Below the pieces are notes generated by a model. It was given only the letters and a program-made list of their open reading frames with translations. It ran no database searches and was not told where the DNA came from. The translations under genes and the position numbers were made by a program. 15,269 nucleotides of DNA from Thermoproteota archaeon (GTDB taxonomy: Archaea; Thermoproteota; Thermoprotei; Thermofilales; B9-G17), in assembly GCA_029258885.1 (NCBI GenBank), contig JAPDJW010000017.1:1-15269 (forward strand), written 5' to 3'. Positions within the stretch are counted from its first letter, which is position 1, and each line of letters starts with the position of its first letter. Below, piece by piece: positions 7,397 to 13,969 of this stretch.

Positions 7397-7769
7397 CCCT
7401 ATTTTTTCTAACATATATTGTAATAAAAGCTACGGCTACCACTACATTTACCGTCCTGCCCGTTGCTTTATCAATCACACCCTTACCTACGAGTCCTCCT
7501 CTAACAACCCTAATGTTCTTCTTGCAGTTATAGGGAATAAGGCTAGCAAGCTTAGAAGTCGTAACCCTTTCAGGCTCAGGAACCCCAATAAGTACATCAA
7601 CCATTAAATCCCTCTCCACATTAATTTCCCCTAAAGACTCATAATCCAAAGGACACACGTGAGACATAGCGTTTATAATTGCTCTCTCAGCTGCAAGCTC
7701 GGGATCCTCACGAGTAAACGTTGCCCCACAACCCCACTCAATAAGGTATCTAGTCCATTCATTATTCAA
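7389..7769 (-). CDS. Lin0512-family protein, copy B (divergent, signature motif lost)
   Basis: Aligns by eye end-to-end with copy A at about 30% identity (WTRxLxExGxG, DP..AA..AI..A...VC, IGVP..RV, IP, GGL, AVAxITxYV). TTG start at 7769 follows a GGTGA SD. Its 3' end overlaps the DUF6506-like gene by 8 nt. Confidence 0.75.
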   Translation of the reverse strand: MNNEWTRYLIEWGCGATFTREDPELAAERAIINAMSHVCPLDYESLGEINVERDLMVDVLIGVPEPERVTTSKLASLIPYNCKKNIRVVRGGLVGKGVIDKATGRTVNVVVAVAFITIYVRKNRVI

Positions 7770-8002
7770 ATAATCACCTAGATATGTAGTATTATTATAT
7801 CATTGAATAATATTTAATAATACATACAACTTTAACTTAAATATCTCTATTTAAAATATAGCATTTTTAAATTACGAAACACATTCAGCAAATAGTAAAA
7901 TATCAAATTTTTATTATAGGGAATTTTTTCACATACATGCAAAAGTATAATGTTTATAAGGTGTACATGCTATATTATACCAGCGTTCTTAAAGCATAAA
8001 GT
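7770..8002. promoter_or_regulatory. Divergent promoter region for Lin0512 copy B (minus) and the ABC transporter operon (plus)
   Basis: AT-rich gap. TATATTATA at 7971-7979 sits about 24 nt before ATG 8003, consistent with a leaderless mRNA. A 9-bp inverted repeat occupies 7789-7797 and 7815-7823. Confidence 0.55.
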
Positions 8003-9304
8003 ATGGTGTCTCCTATGGATAGGTTTAAGCTTTCTAAGAAAGCTATAACAAAAATACAGGCCATAATTATAGCAGTAGTAGTTATAGCGGCTGCTGGCGG
8101 AGGCTACTACCTATACTGGTATTTCTTCCTGCGTAAGCCCTATGCTGGAGTTAAGATAACCTTCCTAACACCACCCTGGGGTGTGCCGCCCAAGGAGCTT
8201 CTCTACGAGTTTCAGAACGATACGGGGATAATAGTTGAGATAGTATCAGTCGGTATGGACGAATTATTCCAGAAAGTAGCTGTCGCATCAAGCGCTGGAC
8301 AAGCACCAGCCGACGTAATTTTCCTAGGGCATGAAGCTTTAGCTAGAATTGTAGCTCCGGGATGGCTGGAACCACTTGACGACAGGATAACGGATGATAT
8401 GAAGAACGATATTGAAAGACTGGATGAATGGAGATACCCCAGGGGTAGCGGACCACTATACGGTATAACCGTATATGTCCAGCTAGTAATGCTAGAGTAT
8501 GATTCTGCTAAGCTTCAGGAACTAGGCTATAGTGAACCTCCAAGTACTTGGGACGAGTTTGTTCAAATATGCGTTGAAGCAAAGCAAAAAGGCCTATATG
8601 AGTATCCGGTGGCATTTGGTGCGCATAGGTGGTCATGGTACCTAATTGCTCTTTCGATGGGAGATCCGCTATTTGACGAAAACCTAAATCCAACATTTAA
8701 CGGAACAGATGCTCCGGGAAGGAAGGCATTTAAACTACTAATAGACATGTTCAGAGTCTATCAGATAATATCTCCTGAGAGAATAGAACAGCTTAATCCT
8801 CATCCACAGTACTGGGCTGGTGAAGCCCTATTCCATCAAGCATGGCAGGGAGCTTTACGTATATCTAACGATCCATCTAGATCGAAGGTTGCACCAAACT
8901 CTAAATACATGCTAATGCCCGAGCAGCACTATACATGGACTCTAGATGCGGCTGTGGGTATATCTAAGTTCTCAAAGAATAAGGATGCAGCATGGGAGTT
9001 TGTTAAATGGTATTGTAGCAAGGAGGTTATGATAGGTATATTTAACGCGTATGGATTAGTTCCAGCCAGGAAATCCGCTCAGCAAGAGCTATATAATCAA
9101 GGACTATTAGAGGGCTACGACGTAATGGTTGAGCAGTCAAAATATGTTAGACCACTACCTTATTGGGCTCCATGGTGGGGCGAATTCGATTCAAAGGCTA
9201 CAGAGCTAATTCAAGCTGCTGCACGAGGAGAAATAACTCCAGATGAAGCTATAGATCAGCTTGCAGCATACGTAATGCAGCTTAAGGCTAAATATGGAGG
9301 ATAG
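8003..9304 (+). CDS. Carbohydrate ABC transporter (CUT1) substrate-binding protein with class III signal peptide
   Basis: The N-terminus KKA|ITKIQAIIIAVVVIAAA fits a class III signal. Family-1 SBP features include TGIIVEIV, APADVI, LEPLDD, PSTWDEF and KNKDAAWEFVKW. Confidence 0.88.
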   Translation: MVSPMDRFKLSKKAITKIQAIIIAVVVIAAAGGGYYLYWYFFLRKPYAGVKITFLTPPWGVPPKELLYEFQNDTGIIVEIVSVGMDELFQKVAVASSAGQAPADVIFLGHEALARIVAPGWLEPLDDRITDDMKNDIERLDEWRYPRGSGPLYGITVYVQLVMLEYDSAKLQELGYSEPPSTWDEFVQICVEAKQKGLYEYPVAFGAHRWSWYLIALSMGDPLFDENLNPTFNGTDAPGRKAFKLLIDMFRVYQIISPERIEQLNPHPQYWAGEALFHQAWQGALRISNDPSRSKVAPNSKYMLMPEQHYTWTLDAAVGISKFSKNKDAAWEFVKWYCSKEVMIGIFNAYGLVPARKSAQQELYNQGLLEGYDVMVEQSKYVRPLPYWAPWWGEFDSKATELIQAAARGEITPDEAIDQLAAYVMQLKAKYGG

Positions 9305-9374
9305 AGCAAAAACTAAATTAACTTTTTATATTTATTTTTATAACCTATTTTAAGATCGATTATATGGTGATGCG

Positions 9375-10247
9375 ATGAGATTAAAGCATAGGGAGTGGAT
9401 AACAGCGTATCTACTACTATTACCTGCCTTGGTCCTACTGATATTATTCGTATATTATCCGGCCTTAAATACCCTACCTCTGTGCTTCTATGATTACAAT
9501 TTAAAAATTCCATGGAAAAAGGATTTTGTCGGAATAGATAACTTCGTTAAAATACTGACAAATGACCAGGACTTCGCTAGATCGCTCAAAAACACCTTCA
9601 TATTTATGTCGGTAACAACCTCTATAAGCATCCTTGCCGGTTTATCATTTGCTTTAATATTAAATGAGAAATTCCCAGCTAGAGGCATAGTTAGATCAAT
9701 AGTTCTTCTTCCATGGGTTATCCCTCCGGTCGTAAATGGATACATGTGGCAATGGATACTGAACGGTCAATGGGGCGCTCTTAACGGTCTCCTCTACCAG
9801 CTAGGGCTGATAGAAGACTACATTGTATGGCTAGCGAATCCAACATATTCAATACTATGGTGCGCCTTCGTCCAGGCTTGGAGGGACACACCCTTCATTA
9901 CAGTCATTTTACTTGCAGCCCTCCAGTCCATTCCAACGGAACTTATAGATGCTTCAAAAGTTGACGGGGCTGATGCAATCAAAAGATTTAGATATGTAAC
10001 ATTGCCTCTCCTTAGACCAGCTTTTGCAGTAGTTTTCGTACTAGAACTTATAAGTTCATTTATGGCATTCGACATAATATATGCCTTAACCGGAGTAGAT
10101 CCTGCTACAAGAACGTTAATGCTATATAATTTCCAAGTTACATTCCAGTTCCTAGAGTTCGGTTACGGGGCGGCATTATCCTACGTTCTCTTCGCAATAG
10201 GATTGATCTTCGCATATGTATACATTAAGGTAATTTACAGGGGGTGA
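9375..10247 (+). CDS. Carbohydrate ABC transporter permease (MalF/UgpA-like)
   Basis: Multiple TM helices; FVGIDNF; LLPWVIPPVV; EAA loop LQSIPTELIDASKVDGA...FRYVTLPLL. SD GGTGA at 9366-9370. Confidence 0.92.
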   Translation: MRLKHREWITAYLLLLPALVLLILFVYYPALNTLPLCFYDYNLKIPWKKDFVGIDNFVKILTNDQDFARSLKNTFIFMSVTTSISILAGLSFALILNEKFPARGIVRSIVLLPWVIPPVVNGYMWQWILNGQWGALNGLLYQLGLIEDYIVWLANPTYSILWCAFVQAWRDTPFITVILLAALQSIPTELIDASKVDGADAIKRFRYVTLPLLRPAFAVVFVLELISSFMAFDIIYALTGVDPATRTLMLYNFQVTFQFLEFGYGAALSYVLFAIGLIFAYVYIKVIYRG

Positions 10248-10251
10248 ACGT

Positions 10252-11133
10252 ATGGCTAGGAAGCCACTAGCTAGAAGATTTAGGAGTTTAGTTCTAGCAT
10301 TTTCAGTATTATTTCTAGTATTCTGGTCACTAGCTCCAATAGTATGGATAGTTATATCGAGCATTTCTCCGCCTGTTGAGCTCTTCTCAAAGCCACCTCA
10401 CTGGATACCCCATGAGCCAACTCTAAAGAACTACGTAGATCTACTTATCGTAGGAAGAGGATTTAGAGGGGCAACAGTTGTGCCAGCTGTCAGTATGTTC
10501 CGTAGAGGATTAATTAACAGTTTAATCCTAGCATTAGTTACAACAGCCATAATGGCGCTCTTCTCCTCAATCACCGGATACGTATTTGCACGCTATGATT
10601 TTCCACTAAAAAACATACTATTCTACTTCTTCATAGGCGTCATACCCATACCTGGATGGGCGGTCCTTATAACCATATATCAGATATTCGCACAAGCAGG
10701 TCTGCTAAACACTTTACATGGTCTAATAATATTGTTTGTGACCTATAGGTTGCCTGTTGATACATGGCTTATGAAAAGCTACTTTGAATCAATACCTAAG
10801 GATCTAGAGGAAGCGGCAATGATTGATGGATGTAGCAAGCTTGAAGCCCTATTTAGAGTAATACTTCCAGTAGCCTTACCTGGGATAGTAGCCGTATTAA
10901 TAATATCATTCATAGCTACGTGGAATGCCTTTCTAGCTCCATTAATATTTACATTCACTGAGGAAGCTAAACCCATAACTGTAGTAATTTCCGAGTTCAT
11001 AGGTCAATACTATGTGGAATGGGATCTTATGTCAGCTGCAGCAGTAATAGCTATAATTCCACCAACAATTTTCTCGTTCATATTCCAAAAGTACCTAATA
11101 CAGGGATTAACTAGAGGGGCACTGAAGTATTAG
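10252..11133 (+). CDS. Carbohydrate ABC transporter permease (MalG/UgpE-like)
   Basis: PTLKNY, GYVFARYDFP, EAA loop SIPKDLEEAAMIDGCS...FRVILPVALPG, and WNAFL. SD GGGGTGA overlaps the upstream stop. Confidence 0.92.
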   Translation: MARKPLARRFRSLVLAFSVLFLVFWSLAPIVWIVISSISPPVELFSKPPHWIPHEPTLKNYVDLLIVGRGFRGATVVPAVSMFRRGLINSLILALVTTAIMALFSSITGYVFARYDFPLKNILFYFFIGVIPIPGWAVLITIYQIFAQAGLLNTLHGLIILFVTYRLPVDTWLMKSYFESIPKDLEEAAMIDGCSKLEALFRVILPVALPGIVAVLIISFIATWNAFLAPLIFTFTEEAKPITVVISEFIGQYYVEWDLMSAAAVIAIIPPTIFSFIFQKYLIQGLTRGALKY

Positions 11134-11165
11134 ACGTTAGTAAATTATAAAGGTAAATAAGATAC

Positions 11166-12257
11166 CTATTCTATTAATTTTTGAGTTTTCTTATCGAATA
11201 TGTATACATCATCCATTCTAAAGGATATGTAGACCTTATCTCCCACTCTGAATCTTGCTTCTTTAGCCTTAACCTTAAATATTTTATCAGCTATTTTGAA
11301 ATCAATTAGCCATTCGGGACCCATAGGTTCAACTACGTAAACCTCTGTTCTTATATTTATACGTCCCTCTATGGGCTTTTCCACAATATCTATATTCTCA
11401 GGCCTTATTCCTACTATAACCTCATTAACCCCTCTCTCTAACACCTTATTTGCAATATGTCTATGAACTGGAACCTCCGCTACACCTAAATCTACAAAAC
11501 ACCTGTCTCCAGAAACTTTCACAGAACCTTCAATGAAGTTCATTGGAGGACTTCCTATAAATCCTGCTACAAACAGATTTTGAGGATGCTCGTAGATTTC
11601 TCCAGGTTCTCCAACCTGCTGAATACGCCCCTCATTCATTACAGCTATTCTATCGGCCATAGTCATAGCCTCGAGTTGATCATGTGTAACATATATGGTA
11701 GTTACTTTGAGTTCCTTCTGTAATCTTTTTAACTCTGCTCTCATGTAAACTCTTAGCTTAGCATCTAGGTTACTTAAGGGCTCATCCATTAAAAACACCT
11801 TGGGTTCACGAATAATAGCCCTAGCTAATGCAACTCTCTGTTGCTGACCACCCGACAGCTGTGCAGGTTTTCTATCAAGAAGTTCCGATATTCTAAGCAT
11901 CTTAGCAACTTCCTTAACTCTCCTATCAATTTCCTCCTTAGACATTCCTCTAAGCTTCAGCGGAAAAGCTATATTATCATAGACCTTCATGTGAGGATAT
12001 AGCGCATAGCTTTGGAAAACCATTGCAACATCCCTATCCTTAGGCGGCAACTCATTCACCAGCTCATTTCCAATGTATATCTCTCCTTCATCAGGCATTT
12101 CAAGGCCAGCTATAAGCCTTAACGTTGTAGTCTTACCGCATCCTGATGGACCCAATAAAACCATGAACTCTCCATCCTTTACATTTAAGCTTACGTTATT
12201 AACGGCGATAACAGAGCCAAAGCGTTTAGTAATATTCTTAAGTTTTACCTCCGCCAT
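11166..12257 (-). CDS. MalK/MsmX-like sugar ABC transporter ATPase
   Basis: Walker A GPSGCGKT, RDVAMVFQSYALYPHM, signature LSGGQQQR, Walker B FLMDEP, H-loop VTHD and a C-terminal GIRPE/TOBE region. Start likely ATG 12257 (MAEVKL). Confidence 0.95.
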   Translation of the reverse strand: MAEVKLKNITKRFGSVIAVNNVSLNVKDGEFMVLLGPSGCGKTTTLRLIAGLEMPDEGEIYIGNELVNELPPKDRDVAMVFQSYALYPHMKVYDNIAFPLKLRGMSKEEIDRRVKEVAKMLRISELLDRKPAQLSGGQQQRVALARAIIREPKVFLMDEPLSNLDAKLRVYMRAELKRLQKELKVTTIYVTHDQLEAMTMADRIAVMNEGRIQQVGEPGEIYEHPQNLFVAGFIGSPPMNFIEGSVKVSGDRCFVDLGVAEVPVHRHIANKVLERGVNEVIVGIRPENIDIVEKPIEGRINIRTEVYVVEPMGPEWLIDFKIADKIFKVKAKEARFRVGDKVYISFRMDDVYIFDKKTQKLIE

Positions 12258-12433
12258 ACTGATCACGCACCAAATTGCTATAGAATATTAAATGCGGTTA
12301 AAATATTAGCTTTTCTATTATATGCCCTATATAGTTCCTACAGGCTTCTCTCAATTCAAGAAAAGGTATTTTATAGGAACTACTGGTTTTCTACACTTAT
12401 AATTTATATCCAATAGGCTAAGTATATAAAAAT
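12258..12433. promoter_or_regulatory. Divergent promoter region for the ABC ATPase (minus) and Nudix-lplA (plus)
   Basis: TTTATAT at 12403-12409 is about 24 nt before ATG 12434. The minus strand has AAAAGC-TAATATTT at about 12314-12301. Confidence 0.55.
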
Positions 12434-12904
12434 ATGGTAGGGAGACTATACCCTAGACATCCCGTAGTCGGTGTAGGCGTGGTTGTATCATATAACAATA
12501 AAATTCTACTAATTAAGCGGGGCAATGAACCCTACCGTGGATACTGGAGTGTTCCGGGGGGAGTTCAGGAAGCTGGAGAAACACTAGAGGAAGCAGCCCT
12601 TAGGGAGCTTAAGGAGGAGGCTGGCATTGAAGGCCGTGTAGAGGGAGTAGTATGGGTCGACGAGGTTATAGAGTATGATGGAGCGGGTATAAAGTATCAT
12701 TATATAATAATAGATGTTCTAGTAAAACCATTTAACATCGAGGCTAGAGCTGGCGGGGACGCAGTAGATGTAGGCTGGTTCACGGTCGATGAGGCTTTAA
12801 AGCTTAAAACCACGGACACTATGAGGAAACTCCTATTATTCCTTAGGGAAAACGGCTTTTCAAAGATCCTACCCTACACTAGAGCAGTAATTCTAAATGA
12901 GTAA
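12434..12904 (+). CDS. Nudix hydrolase, ADP-ribose pyrophosphatase-like
   Basis: Perfect Nudix box G-VQEAG-E-TLEEAAL-RELKEEAGI. YPRHPVVGVG, LLIKR..EP..GYWSVPGG and YHYIIID resemble the archaeal ADPRase-like subfamily. Confidence 0.9.
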   Translation: MVGRLYPRHPVVGVGVVVSYNNKILLIKRGNEPYRGYWSVPGGVQEAGETLEEAALRELKEEAGIEGRVEGVVWVDEVIEYDGAGIKYHYIIIDVLVKPFNIEARAGGDAVDVGWFTVDEALKLKTTDTMRKLLLFLRENGFSKILPYTRAVILNE

Positions 12905-12930
12905 ATAGTAAAGCCAGTTAAGCTGATATC

Positions 12931-13740
12931 ATGAAGAGGCTACGCGTACTCCTGTTTGAAACGCTGGATGATCCCTACTATAACTTAGCCTTTGAGGAGG
13001 CGGTATTTCTAGTAAGGGCTAAGCGCGTTATAGAGGATGAAACCCTACGTATATGGAGAAATAGGGAGGCAGTGGTCTTAGGCTTATTCAGAAGCCTAAA
13101 GGAGGACGTTAATTTAGAGGAAGCTAGAAGGTTGAACGTAGCTATCGTAAGGAGGTTTACAGGAGGAGGAACCGTATACCACGACCTGGGAAACCTAAAC
13201 TACTCGATAACATACGCTGAGAAAAAGGTTTCAAGCCCCCTAGATACAGCGTACAACTTCCTAATAAACGGAATAATCAAGGCGCTGGAATACATAGGAT
13301 TAAAGCCTACAGTTAAAAATAGGACAGACATAGTAGTTAAAGGTAGAAAGGTGAGTGGAACAGCTGCATGCTGTAAATGGAATGCATTAATCTTACACGG
13401 CTCCCTACTCGTCTCATCGAATATAAATAGGCTATACAGCCTACTTGTAACCCCCAAGAAAATACCTGAAAAAATATCACCAGTAAAATACATAGTTACA
13501 ACCCTATCAAACATACTGGGAAGCATAAGCCATAGCAGGGTAATAGAATCCATCATAAGAGCATATGAGGATCTCTATAAAGCAGAAGCATACATAGACG
13601 TCCCCTCAAGCATAGAAATAAAACTAGCCGATTTCCTCTACAAACATAAGTACTCGGATGAGAAATGGAATAGAGAAAAAACACTAGCCTACGGATACAC
13701 GAGACTATACAGGGAGGTAGAGAGATTAATTAATGAATAA
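12931..13740 (+). CDS. lplA: Lipoate-protein ligase A, catalytic domain only
   Basis: DPYYNLAFEEA, LRIWRN..AVVLG, RRFTGGGTVYHD, NLNYS, DIVVKGRKVSGTA and HGSLL. It ends shortly after KYSDEKWN without a C-terminal LplB-like domain. Confidence 0.92.
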   Translation: MKRLRVLLFETLDDPYYNLAFEEAVFLVRAKRVIEDETLRIWRNREAVVLGLFRSLKEDVNLEEARRLNVAIVRRFTGGGTVYHDLGNLNYSITYAEKKVSSPLDTAYNFLINGIIKALEYIGLKPTVKNRTDIVVKGRKVSGTAACCKWNALILHGSLLVSSNINRLYSLLVTPKKIPEKISPVKYIVTTLSNILGSISHSRVIESIIRAYEDLYKAEAYIDVPSSIEIKLADFLYKHKYSDEKWNREKTLAYGYTRLYREVERLINE

Positions 13741-13742
13741 AG

Positions 13743-13943
13743 CTATAGATTAAGCTCCCTAAACACCGAGAACAAATCCTAACTAAAGAGAAACTCCTCA
13801 TACACCTCCCTAGCCTCAGAAAGCCTCCTAGATCCCTCCCCCTTAAGTCTACCCCTCATCCCAAAATACATCAGTAATAAGCGTTATAACCCTAGTAAGA
13901 GAATCCATTCCCCACGCTTAAAGTCTAAGCAGAAGCCTTTAAA
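13743..13943 (-). pseudogene. Possible decayed small gene (product unrecognised)
   Basis: The minus strand is purine-rich and coding-like. One frame reads FKGFCLDFKRGEWILLLGL*RLLLMYFGMRGRLKGEGSRRLSEAREVYEEFLFS*DLFSVFRELNL*, and its final TAG ends 2 nt from the lplA stop. Confidence 0.3.
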
Positions 13944-13969
13944 TTACACCATACAATTAATTATACGGT

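Noticed and set aside
7770-8002. TrmB-type Thermococcales glycolytic motif (TATCAC-N5-GTGATA) upstream of the sugar ABC genes
   Set aside because: Looked for in the intergenic regions and not found.
8508-13556. Short minus- or plus-strand ORFs overlapping the ABC genes and lplA (8508, 8563, 9313, 9494, 9818, 10176, 10779, 12073, 13200)
   Set aside because: All overlap well-supported genes on the opposite strand and show no domain motifs.
13779-13781. In-frame TAG as a pyrrolysine or readthrough codon
   Set aside because: A second in-frame TAA is present, there is no recognisable protein, and no pyl genes are in the window.
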